Part shown: positions 1 through 12,965 of the stretch, one piece after another
Numbering within the stretch: the first letter of the stretch is position 1
Layout: the number at the start of each line of letters is the position of its first letter
Translations under genes and position numbers: made by a program
Origin: Octopus vulgaris
Lineage: Eukaryota
Direction: 5' to 3'
Assembly (NCBI GenBank): GCA_951406725.2
Contig: OX597814.1
Span: 16,554,001-16,618,000 of the forward strand
DNA: 64,000 nucleotides
The notes under the pieces: generated by a model
Database searches by the model: none
What the model saw: the letters and a program-made list of their open reading frames with translations, nothing else
Told to the model about the DNA's origin: nothing

Positions 1-46
<46 letters not shown>

Positions 47-341
47 GTAATAATAATAATTATTATTATTATTATTATTATTATTATACAAAATAATTAT
101 AGCAACAACAACAACAACAGCAACAATAATAATAATAATAATAATAAGAAGAAGAGTTACTGTAAACATTTATATATTAACCAAAATGAAGTAGATTGAC
201 AAAAATATTTTATTAACATGTTGAAGACACACGAGATGTCGAAATATCGTTCACTAGATAACAATGGAATTCTTATTTTAATTTTGACTTTTTAACAACA
301 ACAATAATAACAACAACAATAATAACAATAATAATAATAAC

Positions 342-427
<86 letters not shown>

Positions 428-487
428 TGATAATAATAATAATAAAAATAATAATAATAATAATAGTAATAATAATAATAATAATAA
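1..487. repeat. (AAT)n/(AAC)n microsatellite-rich block
   Basis: Direct reading; the tract switches from (AAT)n to (TAT)n near 60 and has a short non-repeat interruption. Confidence 0.95.
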
Positions 488-488
488 A

Positions 489-1012
489 TGTCCTGGTGCA
501 GTACCAGGCAGTGGCTCTCGTGGCTTCTGGTCTTAACTGATTGGAAGTGTTATCATGTATATCGTTTTGTCTTGGTATAAAAGACGGCTACAGCAAATAC
601 CACAGATTTGCTTGTCAGTTATTTGACCTTAACCAGTTGAGCATGTCGCTTAGTGACTGACGATAAGTGTATCTCTGACCATGAGCAGAAGTAGTGGGGG
701 AGCATCATATCTGTGTGTTGAAAGGGATTCTTAGAGGTTTGGATAATTCACCTTTGGGAACATCCTCAAACAATCCTTACTCAGGGACCTTTTGAACGGG
801 ATGTGCTACTCGACCAAAAGAAAATTCTAACTGGGCCCCACCTGCAAGGCCATGCGCTGTTTATCTTGATATGAGATCACCATGTCGTGCACATATGGTT
901 GTGATGCATGTGCCTAGTGTACCCTTATCAGACGGGTAGTCATGATGGGTATACTGGGTTTCGTATATTTTAACCCCGAGTCACTTTGATGGCATGCACT
1001 GCTCTCTCACTC
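489..1012 (+). mobile_element. Non-coding interspersed repeat 'X' embedded in (AAT)n
   Basis: Flanked on both sides by (AAT)n; 781-1012 recurs with few mismatches at 12401-12632, with the same ...ctctctcactc|aataat end. Confidence 0.7.
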
Positions 1013-1176
<164 letters not shown>

Positions 1177-1429
1177 GACAATCAACGCTACTGAGCAACA
1201 AAAAGAAAACAAAAATACTCCGCAAATATAACATCACAGAAAAAGATTCACCTGAGATAAAAGAAAATCTGAAGCAAGATATCCTTGCCAAAGCACAAAG
1301 GATCCGCCGGTACGAGAAACGCCAGCGCTTCTTTGAACAAAATAAAAAGTTCAACTCCAACCCCAAAAGTTCTACCAAGAACTTGGCAAAAATAAAATAG
1401 AAATCACTGCAGCACCAACGGCAGAAGAA

Positions 1430-3016
1430 GTGGAAGAATTCTGGAGAGAAATATGGTCGGCGAACGAACAACCAAAAAAAAAGAGTATTAAAACAACAAA
1501 CTCAGCATCTGACCAACTTTGGACCCCCATAACAACTGAAGAGGTTACCCAGGCACTGCAAAGACTAAGCAACTGGAAGGCACCTGGGCATGACAAGATC
1601 CCCAACTTCTGGTTGAAATATCTAACAGGAATGCACAAAAAGCTGGCTGAAAACTTTAACAACATACTAGCAGAGCCAGAGACAATGCCTGAATGGCTCA
1701 CGAAGGTGAAAACCATCTTAATTCCCAAATCAAATGAGACAGCAAAACCAGAAAACTACAGACCAATAACCTGTCTCCCTACAATGTACAAGGCATTTAC
1801 TGCAGTGATATCGCAAAGGTTGAACAAGCACCTGGACGAAAACAACCTGTTTCCAGAAGAGCAGAATGGATGCAGCAAACGCTCATATGGCTGTAAAGAT
1901 CAACTAATGATTAATAAAGCCATAACTGAAGACAGCCACAGAAAGAAGAAAGGCCTCAGTATGGCCTGAATCGACTACAAAAAGGCGTTTGATGGCATCC
2001 CACACACATGGATCCTCGAAACACTAGCAATTAACAAAGTAGCACCAACAATTATAAAATTCATAGGGCACTCTATGAATAAATGGCAAACAGTGCTACA
2101 GCTCCAAACAAAAGAGGGACTCATGAAAACCAAAGTCATCCCCATTAGAAGAGGAATATTCCAGGGAGACACGCTCTCTCCACTCCTTTTCTGATTGGCA
2201 CTGTCACCTCTATCTGATATGCTAAGTAGAACAGGATGCCGATATAAATGTTACGGCAAAACGATCAGCCACCTTTTATATATGGATGACCTAAAACTAT
2301 ACGCTGCAAATGACAAACAGCTGGAAACACTATTAAAGACAGTTCATGGATTTACCAAAGAAATAGATATGAAATTTGGATTAGAAAAATGCGCCAAAGT
2401 AACCATGAAAAGAGGAAAACTAGTTAAGAGTAGCAACATCACACTAGATAAAACCAATGAAATAAAAGAACTAGACCAAAGCCAAACTTACAAATACTTA
2501 GGAATCCATGAACTAGATAAGACACAACACACACAAATGAAAGAGAAAATAAAAAAATAATATTATAGACGAGTTAGATCAATACTAAAAACAGAGCTCA
2601 ATGCTAAAAACAAGATAATAGATATTAAGACTTTAGCTGTCCCAGTTATAAGTTACAGCTACAATATCCTTAACTGGACACTAAAATAACTGAACAAAAT
2701 AGATAGGAAAACAAGAAAAATAATGACAGGATCTAGGTTGCATCACCCAAAATCTGACATAGAAAGACTATATATACAACGTATAGAAGGTGGTAGAGGC
2801 CTTATACAGCTGGAAAACTACTATAAAGTAACCACCATAGGACTGCAAAAACATCTACTTCAGAAGGAAGGAAAACTGATACAAATAGCGGCAAAACACG
2901 AGCAAAACAAAAAACTGTTCTCAGTATATAAGGAAGCTGACAAATACAAACAAGAAATCATACTACCTAATAAATATGAAGAAGAAGAAGAAGAAGAAGA
3001 AGAAGAAGAAGAAGAA

Positions 3017-3048
<32 letters not shown>

Positions 3049-3969
3049 AGTAGAAGAAGAAGAAGAAGAAGAAGAAGAAGAAGAAGAAGAAGAAGAAGAA
3101 GAAGAAGAAGAAGAAAAAGAAGAAGAAGAAGAAACAACGAAAGCTATAAAACAAACGAAATCCAAACTAAATGTAGAACAGCAAAGAACCATGATAAAAC
3201 GATGGCAAGAAAAGCCCCTTCATGGTAAATACTGGACTAAACTAAACGCAGAAGAAATAGACAAAGAAAAATCCCAGCAATGGTTGAGAAGCTCAGGACT
3301 CAACGCAGAGACAGAGGGATTTTTAATTGCAGCACAAGACCAAAGCCTCCCCACCAGAAATTACCAAAAACATGTAATGAAAAGAAATATAACAAGTAAC
3401 TGCAGAATATGTGGAGATGGACAAGAAACAATAAATCATATTATCTCTGGCTGCCCAGTCCTGGCTAAGAAGGAATATATTCACAGACATGACAGAGTTG
3501 GAACCTACATACACTGGAAGCTATGCCAACATTATGGAATAACAACAGAAAAAAGATGGTATAGGCACACACCAGAAAAGGTCACAGAAAATGAGAAAGC
3601 AACCATACTCTGGGATATGCCGATACACACAGATAGAGAAAGTAAGGCTAACAGACCAGATATAGTTGTCAGAGATCATGAAGAAAAAAATGCTTTCTAA
3701 TTGATGTATCAATACCGGCAGATGACAACGTGTCTCTAGAAGAAATGGAGAAACTTTCAAAATACAAAGACCTGGAAATGGAGGTAACCAGAATGTGGAA
3801 TCTAAAAACAGAAACAATTCCTATCATAGTAGGTCCATTAGGCATGATAAAAAAATATTCAGACAAATACATAACAAAAACACCAGGACTTACAAACACA
3901 TATAACATACAGAAAATTGCACTACTAGGCACTGCACACATCCTACGCAGAACACTTTCCATAAAATAA
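1430..3969 (+). pseudogene. RT-RLE polyprotein of Dong family 1 (stops and frameshifts)
   Basis: ORF pieces 1430-1969, 2195-2560, 2723-3700 and 3730-3969 are collinear parts of one RT-CCHC-RLE protein. Confidence 0.9.
2978..3133 (+). repeat. (GAA)n tract in frame within the Dong ORF (poly-Glu)
   Basis: ORF 2723-3700 reads through about 50 Glu codons. Confidence 0.95.
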
Positions 3970-4063
3970 CCATCAGAGCATCACAACAAATCACAGCACA
4001 TACCTAAGGCACCCAGAGCTGAGCTCGGTAGTGAAGTGAAAGCACGCTATAAAAATAAAACTA

Positions 4064-4151
<88 letters not shown>

Positions 4152-4154
<3 letters not shown>

Positions 4155-4355
4155 TCTACTAAAGGTTCAAGGCCTGAAATTTATGGGGACGGTTCTAGTT
4201 TTTTACATCAACCTCAGGGTTTCACTTGTACTTAATTTATCCACCCGAAAGCATAAAAGGCAAATGGTGACCACGGTGGAATTTGAAATCAGAACGTAAT
4301 GACGGGTGAAATACCGCTAAGCATTTTGCTCGCGGTGCTAACGAGTCTTCCAGCA
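4152..4355 (-). mobile_element. tRNA-derived SINE family C
   Basis: Diverged reverse complement of the ggcggcgagctggcagaatcgttagc...gagttcaaattcc...gtcgac unit seen at 48128 and 50178. Confidence 0.75.
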
Positions 4356-4384
4356 TATCTTCATAATGATAAATCCCACGAACC

Positions 4385-4880
4385 TCCGCAGAATGTGAGG
4401 GCTGAGGGTCGAAAGCGTGACTCACATTGTTAGTGTTTGTGAATGTCTTGCACAGAAAGAGTGCAAGCGCAGACACGACAAGGTAGCCCAAAACCATCAC
4501 TGGCTACTACTCTCGGAAGTATGGATACGAGGTAACGGATGCTCGGTAGCAAGATACCTCGGAAAATATAAAGGACTTAAAAGGGAAGGTAAAAATCCTC
4601 TGGCACTTAAACTTCTGGGCAGACAATGCGTTTGAACACCGAAGTCCTGATATAGCAACCTTTACCAGAGACAAACAAGTCTGCCTAATAATCGACGTGA
4701 CAGTTCCAGGAGATCAGCATATTATCAAGAAAGAAAGAGAAAAGATTGATAGATATGGAAATGGGAAAAGTGAGATCGCTAAGATGCGATAGCTACAAGA
4801 GTCAAATATAAAAGTTGTCCCTATTGTCCTCGGAGCATCGGCTTCAATGCCACCCAACCTGAAAACCATCTGGAAAATTT
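4385..4880 (+). mobile_element. Decayed RLE-type (R4-like) retrotransposon 3' fragment
   Basis: THIVSVCECLAQKECKRRHDKVA, SPDI, CLIIDVTVPGD motifs. Confidence 0.8.
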
Positions 4881-4966
4881 AGATAGATAGATAGATACAG
4901 AGACAGACAGACAGATAGATACGGAAACAGACAGACAGATAGATACAGAGACAGACAGATAGATAC

Positions 4967-5001
<35 letters not shown>

Positions 5002-5020
5002 CACCGATAGACAGACAGAC

Positions 5021-5115
<95 letters not shown>
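4881..5115. repeat. (GATA)n/(GACA)n microsatellite
   Basis: Direct reading. Confidence 0.95.
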
Positions 5116-5134
5116 CCGATTCCTTCTCTCCGAC

Positions 5135-5818
5135 TTACATGTCTACAGTGAGGGCAGTACCGTCTACTCTTGCCATTTTCGCAACATTAACCCATCTTTC
5201 AAGAAACTCACTCGAGGACAGAGCTTCCCTTTCCACTCTCAATTTCCTTTTCAAGTGAAACTTGAAGAAGTCAATAGGAGCTCTATCGAAGAGGAATGTA
5301 TCTATCCTTATGCTTTTCAGTTTTGTCCAGCAAATATCCTCTTTGACTTGCCGATTGAAAGAAGACATCGTGGCAATCATCACTACAGATTCGGCTGACA
5401 GACGGATCCGTTCCACACATGACAGTAACTGTTTGACTTGTGGGGTTATCCCATAAGTCAGCAATGTCCGGACGCTGAACGATTGCGTAATGAACAGTTT
5501 TGTCACGAGTCCGTCTGACATCACATCTGTGCTTGTAGAGTTTATTCCGAACTGGTAGCGCCCCACCCCCACCCCGGCAGCGCTGCCAGGAAAAAGGCAT
5601 CTGAAAAAATTATCCATCATATTTCCCGACCAGAAAGTCCTCCAGAACAATCTAACCAGTTCATTTTCGTCGGCGCCCAGTGTCTTTCCGAGAATGTCGT
5701 CGCACTTCCTCACCACTAATCTCTCTCTATTTAAAGCTGAAGTTGTCTGTGTATGACAGGTTTGGTAGCCTTCAACTAACACTATCTCCTCCGAGACCCT
5801 GCGGCGTAAGTTGACCAA
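5135..5818 (-). mobile_element. L1/Tx1-like ORF2 C-terminal fragment
   Basis: ALPVRNKLYKH...TVHYAIVQ-PDIADLW resembles a decayed zf-RVT zinc finger; frameshifted C-terminus FFKFHLKRKLRVERE...FLERW. Confidence 0.6.
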
Positions 5819-5819
5819 A

Positions 5820-6106
5820 ATTGAGAGTACGATAAAAAAAAGGCTTGCTCTTCATTCCGTAGAAGATAAAATTCAAATCGGACCATGTTAACACCAAAAA
5901 TTATTTACATCAAAAAGGTGTTTTTTCTTCTATGAAAATCCCTATTCTATGAAAATCCCTGTGTCGCCATTTTTCGGTGTATTTCAATGAGAAAAATGTT
6001 CACTTAAAGCGAGTAACAAGCTACATAATGCAAAATTTTTACTTTTCAAAAATTGCAATTCTAAAGGGTCGAAACAAGCCCGAGCAACATCGGGTGATAC
6101 TGCTAG
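5820..6106 (+). mobile_element. Helitron 3' portion (non-autonomous)
   Basis: Hairpin cccga-gcaaca-tcggg (6079-6094) followed 8 nt later by CTAG|T; 5' boundary uncertain. Confidence 0.55.
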
Positions 6107-6672
6107 TCCTCTATAAATTCCTAAAGTCAAACATCAGCCATCCATTTGCCCGACTGGTAGAGGGCTGTGAGCGCTTAACGACATTCTAGGGGCAATAATA
6201 ATGGTAATAATAATACTTTCTACTTAATAGGACAACCCCGTTTTATATTTTACTCATATTGTACACGGAATTATGTTAACCAATATATCTTCTTCCAAAA
6301 CGCTTTTATTTCATTGATAGACATTTGGTTGCTAATTCTTGACTGTCGAGGAAATCATTACCCAACGTGGTATTAGGTGAATTAGGGAATTTGATTCTGA
6401 TGCCCTTATCTGACACTATATTTTCAGAAAATGGAGTAATTAGTTCGAATGCGAAAAGTATATGTTGTCTCAATGTTTAGGAAACTCCTTGTTATTTTTG
6501 CCATAGACAGGTGACACTATATTATCAGGAATACTATATTTTTAGGAGTAATTAGTTCGAACGCAACACTTAACCATCCCTCATATGATGAGAGGCAAAA
6601 TTGATTTCAACGAGGTTTGAACATCGGAAGCATAAGAACATACTTTAATACGTCGGAAATATTTTCCATGTG

Positions 6673-6980
<308 letters not shown>

Positions 6981-6985
6981 GCTGA

Positions 6986-7365
6986 GGAGGCGCAATGGCC
7001 CAGTGGATAGGGCAGCGGACTCGCGGTCGTAGGATCGCGGTTTCGATTCCCAGACCGGGCGTTGTGAGTGTTTATTGAGCGAAAACACCTAAAGCTCCAC
7101 GAGGCTCCGGCAGGGATGCTGGTGATCCCTGCTGTACTCTTTCACCACAACATTCTTTCACTCTTACTTCCTGTTTCTGTTGTACCTGTATTTCAAAGGG
7201 CCGGCCTTGTCACTCTCTGTGTCACGCTGAATATCCCCGAGAACTACGGTAAGGGTACACGTGTCTGTGGATTGCTCAGCCACTTACACGTTAATTTCAC
7301 GAGCAGGCTGTTCCGTTGATCGGATGAACCGGAACCCTCGTCGTCGTAACCGACGGAGTGCTTCC
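6986..7365 (+). mobile_element. tRNA-derived SINE family A, full length
   Basis: A box tggcccagtgg, B-box-like gtttcgattcc; five more near-identical copies in the window. Confidence 0.9.
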
Positions 7366-8516
7366 TTTATATATAGCTGAAGGATTAAGATTAATCAAAA
7401 AATATACTAAGTTTGTCTACCTGCTGGAAATATCAGTCAAAACTCTTATTTAAATCGCCATAAATACACTGATGTTAACTACAGAAATCAACCAAACGAA
7501 GGCAAACGGTCTAAGACAATCTTCCAACGTACGTTTAAGTATTTGGACTCAGGTGGACCGGTTTCTACACTGGCAAAAATAGGATCAGCATCCTTAGCAC
7601 ACGTTACCAGTCTGCGCTACAACTGATTCATTTTGAGCCGAAATCATGGCAGCCACCAGTGTGAAAATAATTTCAATACGGAGCAAATAATTCACGAGAA
7701 AAAATAATTGACGGGCACCATCATTAGCTGTACTACAACTTCATTATTTGAAACATCCTCCGATATTCCGATATGTGGTATTAGGTGAATGAGGGAATTT
7801 GATTCTTCTGCCCTCATCTGACACTATATTTTCAGTAAATGGAGTAATTAGTTCGAACGCAAAAAGTTACATTCAAGAATTCTAAGACAATTAAACATTC
7901 ATTGCGGGCTATATAAATAAGATTTATATTTTTGTTGAAAATGTTTCTTCAAAAACATTTAATTCTTGGAACGGTGTAAAGTCTACATAGCAAGGGATAT
8001 TGATGCAGTTTTTAGGTAAGAATATCTTTGCAAACAATATTCATTGTTATATATTTGTCACGTCCTAACTTTGAGAGTAATCTATTATTTTTGTCATTCC
8101 ACCAAGAATTAACGCGAAGATACGTTCTACGGAGCGCTACGAACACCTGCCCATGAGGAAGTATTGTTAAATAACTGAAATTCTGTCGCATGTTTGTCCT
8201 TCAGATTTGATATTGGACATATATATCTCTCTAAAACAAATAGAAAGAAACGCATGGGCATCACTTGAACTGGGTCTGGCTTGTAGATTAAAAGCGTTTT
8301 GTTTCCTTCGCCTAATTTCTTTTATTTTATATCCGTTGTGTATTTTCGTGCAACTATCGTATAAATATCGTATATAATCGTTCATAATTATTTTAATATA
8401 ATTCAACAATGTACGTATATTTTTATACCTATTTGTAAATAGTACAAATAGCTGTTGCATACATACACACATACATATTATATGTATGTAAGTATGTATG
8501 TATGTATGTATGTATG

Positions 8517-8582
<66 letters not shown>

Positions 8583-8658
8583 TACAGCGTGGAAGGTGTT
8601 TATAAGCCATTTAAGAAACACACAAAACCGTTAGATTCACTTCAACATTTAAATTTAA

Positions 8659-8709
8659 TTTGTCAAAATATTTTCGTTGCTTTGAGACCGCGACCTGTTC
8701 ACTGACAAA
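8659..8709 (-). ncRNA. Type I hammerhead-like ribozyme, G3-C8 core variant
   Basis: Minus strand: uuuguca GUGAACA g gucgc-ggucucaaa-gcaac GAA AAUAUU U ugacaaa; 7-bp stem I, palindromic stem III. Confidence 0.55.
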
Positions 8710-9384
8710 GCTTCGTGCAGATATATATATAAATAGATAGATAGGTAGATAGATAGATAGATAGAGATAGAGAGAGATAGGGAGATAGAGAGAGAGATAG
8801 AGAGAGATATATATTGATAGATATAGATATATAGATACTTAATATGGGGCTTAGTTCACAGGTGATCTAATCTATTAGGTGCGTTAGGTAAGTGCTGTAA
8901 CAGATTACTAGGGTTCCAAGGTTATAACCGAAACGGTAGTTGTGGAGCCATTGCAGATTTACGATATAAAGGATATATAATTGTCAAAGAGGACAACGAA
9001 CGTTAAAGAAAGCAGGAAGGGAAACATCTCAAGTCATATACACTACTATTAATGGAAAAAATACAAAGTATTATATACATATATATATATATATATACAT
9101 ATATGATATTATAAACACACAGAAACGCAACACACGTCTAGTGTATATCCAGTGCATTTGTCTGGTTGCTGTTGTACTAAGTAGTGTTATCGGTTATGAT
9201 ATGCAAAACAAATGCAAATGATCATTTGACCTGTGTAAAATAATGTTATAATATGTTCCTCTTATGAATTGTTGTGGTTCAGCATCCAAATGCATTGGAA
9301 CATCCACAGCAGAGAATGCATCCAACCAGAATGGGAAAAATGTACCTAGAGAACTGGCATTCATCATGATTTCTCATATATATC

Positions 9385-9565
9385 CTTTTCTACTCAAGGC
9401 CCGAAATTTTTGAGGAGGGGGACAGTCGACTAGATCGACTCCAGTACGCAACTAATATTTAATTTATCGATCCCGATAGGCTGACAGGCAACTCAGAACA
9501 TAAAGACAGACGAAACACTGCTATGCATTTCGCCCGGCGTGCTAACGTTTCTGACATCTCGTCAT
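9385..9565 (-). mobile_element. SINE family C, internally deleted
   Basis: gcatttcgcccggcgtgctaacg head and aggcccgaaatt tail, reverse orientation. Confidence 0.7.
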
Positions 9566-9884
9566 CTTTCTCATATATATTTCTCATATATATATCCTTT
9601 ACATTCTCCTCATGAAATAATCTCATCGATTGGATCTTTTGGCTTTTGTCTGCATGGAACTCAGCATATCCTCATCTATGTTGGATAATGAAGTGATCAG
9701 TTAACTGAGTTCACTATAGGAACTTTGTATGATAGCCATACGATTCTATAAATCTATATATTAAAATACATCTATGTACTTTTATAAGTGTATATACATA
9801 TATATCAAGTTATATATATATGTATATGCACACAAACACACACACAGGCGCATATGTGTGTATATTATTTTATTATTTTATTTC

Positions 9885-10089
9885 TTTGAGTCCTTTCACT
9901 GCGGCTATGCTGGAGCATCGCCTTTAGTCAAAGAGATCAACCCAAGGACTTATTCTTTGTAAGCCTAGTATTTATTCTAGCGGTCGTTTTGCTGAACCGC
10001 TAGCTAACTGGGACGTAAACACACCAACATCGGTTGTCAAGCGATGGTGGGTGACAAACACAAACACACAAAGATATATATATATATAT

Positions 10090-10177
<88 letters not shown>

Positions 10178-10203
10178 GCAGGCAGACAGACAGACAGACA
10201 GAC

Positions 10204-10269
<66 letters not shown>

Positions 10270-10305
10270 ACGGTGGGCTTTTTTCAGTTTCCATTTACCA
10301 AATCT
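9885..10305 (-). mobile_element. SINE family B, head missing, expanded internal microsatellite
   Basis: Reverse complement of the body and tail of 46924-47330; internal (TA)(GA)(GATA) tract. Confidence 0.75.
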
Positions 10306-10740
10306 TGTACAAAATTTTCAAATAATTATCAGTCAATTGTTTTATGGTTAATATAAGTTAAAATAGATAAATATATGCGTACAGGTATTTGTATACGTAG
10401 TTAATATATATCATATGTCCATAATAGATCACTTTTCGATGCATTCTGAAGTATGGAACGACGTACTTCCATAGGTAGTGCATAATATAGTCGAACTTTA
10501 GCTATTATCTAACAAAGGAAATGTCAGAGAAACTTAAGGGCGGAATACAGCCGATTAAATCCTCATTCACCCCACTACCTAGTGGTACCTTAACTTTTCG
10601 ATCCTAAAATCACGAAAGATAGTTTTGATCTGAATAATATTCGACATCCGAATATAAGGAAGGGACGTCACTTAAAGCCGCAAAATATTTCGAGTAGCAC
10701 TCAAAAAGCGTCTGCCAAACGTTAGCTTTCATCATACTCA

Positions 10741-11026
<286 letters not shown>

Positions 11027-12029
11027 CTAGAGGAAAGAAAAATGTTAGAAGCAAGCATGACAACTACGGCTCATTGCAGATGTAATGGAGGTGATCGTCC
11101 CGACAGAACATAAATAAAACACAGCAGACAACTGTGACGTGATGGAGACTTAAAGTTATCTACACGCCTAACGTTTTGCTTTCCACTAAACTCTGTCTCG
11201 TCAGTTTGAAGTCGGCACTGGCAGTTTGATCACTTTTGCAGACCTGCAGAAATAAATAAAACAATATACATACTTTCACCACCATCCCACACACGCACAC
11301 ATGCACGTACCCAAACACACACGCTTACGTATGTATTTATGTATATATGTAAGAATAGGGATGTATGTGTTTGTGTGAAAAGGCGAGTACGAGAGAGAGA
11401 GAGAGCAAAACATGTTGAATGAAATAGTATACATCGTTGGTGGCACGCAGTTTAGCAAAGAGGAACAATATACAAAACTGAAAACTTCAAGAGTCTTCAG
11501 GGCGATGGTGATGGTAGTGGTAGTGCCGTCACTTATGATAATGATGACGATGATGATGACGTTATTCACGATACTGTTTGTGGTGATGATGTTGTTTGCT
11601 ATATTTACAAACAGAAAAATCGTTTCCAATATCAATAAACACTTGAGACAAGCTGTTTGTAAATCGTTATTAGTTCATAGAATATAAAAAGAATATAAAA
11701 ATCATATAATTAATAATATTGCTCCTATTAGGGACTGAAAATTTGGTTAAAAAAACAGCGATTTAAAGGGATGCATACTGAGTTTCATTAATTTCAGTAC
11801 TTCATTGGCACTTTATTTTATCGACCCCCTAAGAAGTACATTTGAAACTCAGAACGTAAAGAAACGGAAAATATGCAGGCTAGCATTTTGTCCGATATAG
11901 AATTCAACCAACTAGCGTATTTCAAATTTTGAAACAAGGTCCGCAATTATGTGAGAGTAGCTTAGTCGGATACATCGACCCCATAGCTCAGCTGGTACTT
12001 ATGCTATGGTCTGTGCAATTAAAAAAAAA

Positions 12030-12114
<85 letters not shown>

Positions 12115-12115
<1 letters not shown>

Positions 12116-12296
12116 GGCGGCGAGCTGACAGAATCTTTAGCGCTTTAGACAGAATGCGCAGTGTAATTTCTTGCAACTTTTTACGTTCTTAGTTCAAATT
12201 TCGCCGACTTCGTCTATAACTTTTTTCATTGCACAGACCATAGCATAAGTACAAGGTGAGCAATGGGGTCGATGTATCCGTCTAAGCTCCTCTCAC

Positions 12297-12300
<4 letters not shown>
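12115..12300 (+). mobile_element. SINE family C with altered centre
   Basis: aggcggcgagctgacagaatc head directly after (TTA)n. Confidence 0.7.
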
Positions 12301-12357
<57 letters not shown>

Positions 12358-12400
12358 TAATAATAATAATTATTATTATTATTATTATTATTATCATCAT

Positions 12401-12632
12401 TCAGGGACCTTTTGAGCGGGATGGGTTACTCGACCAAAAGAAAATTCTAACTGGACCCCACCTGCAAATCCATGTGCTATTTATCTTGATATGAGATCAC
12501 CATGTCGTGCACATATGGTTGCGATGCATGTGCCTAGTGTACCCTTATCAGACGGGTAGTCATGATGGGTATACTGGGCTTCGTATATTTTACCCCAGTG
12601 TCACTTTGATGGCATGCACTGCTCTCTCACTC
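12401..12632 (+). mobile_element. Repeat X, 5'-truncated copy
   Basis: Matches 781-1012. Confidence 0.8.
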
Positions 12633-12661
12633 AATAATAATAATGATAATAATAATGATAC

Positions 12662-12694
<33 letters not shown>

Positions 12695-12700
12695 TAAAAA

Positions 12701-12916
12701 AAAAATATTCAGACAAATACATAACAAAAACACCAGGACTTACAAACACATATAACATACAGAAAATTGCACTACTAGGCACTGCACACATCCTACGCAG
12801 AACACTTTCCATACAATAACCATCAGAGCATCATAACAAATCACAGCACATACCCAAGGCACACAGAGCTGCGCTCAGTAATGAAGTGAAAGCACGCTAT
12901 AAAAATAAAACTACTG
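12701..12916 (+). mobile_element. Dong family 1, 3' end only
   Basis: Near-identical to ~3850-4066; ends actactg|aataat. Confidence 0.9.
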
Positions 12917-12965
12917 AATAATAATAATAATAATAATGCATAATAATAATAATAATAATAATAAT

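Larger units (their letters stand above)
1177..4066 (+). mobile_element. R4/Dong-clade non-LTR retrotransposon, family 1, 5'-truncated, disrupted
   Basis: Broken single ORF: KAPGHD, NYRPITCL, DYKKAFD, GIFQGDTLSP, LLYMDDL (RT); CRIC-x8-H-x4-C knuckle; RHD; RPDIVV...D...K RLE; ~100-bp 3' UTR; (AAT)n on both sides. Confidence 0.92.

Noticed and set aside
657-725. CTGACGA in element X as a hammerhead core
   Set aside because: No correctly placed GAAA or stem II.
6986-7060. tRNA-like cloverleaf
   Set aside because: It is a SINE head continuing into a repeat body, without a proper acceptor stem or terminator.
7068-7319. Recurrent ~65-87-aa ORF (...PVSVVPVFQRAGLVTLCVTLNIPENY...) found five times
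   Set aside because: Lies inside SINE A; start and frame vary between copies, so recurrence reflects copy identity rather than coding constraint.
11165-11210. Minus-strand CUGACGA...GAAA hammerhead candidate
   Set aside because: Stems I and II do not pair convincingly.
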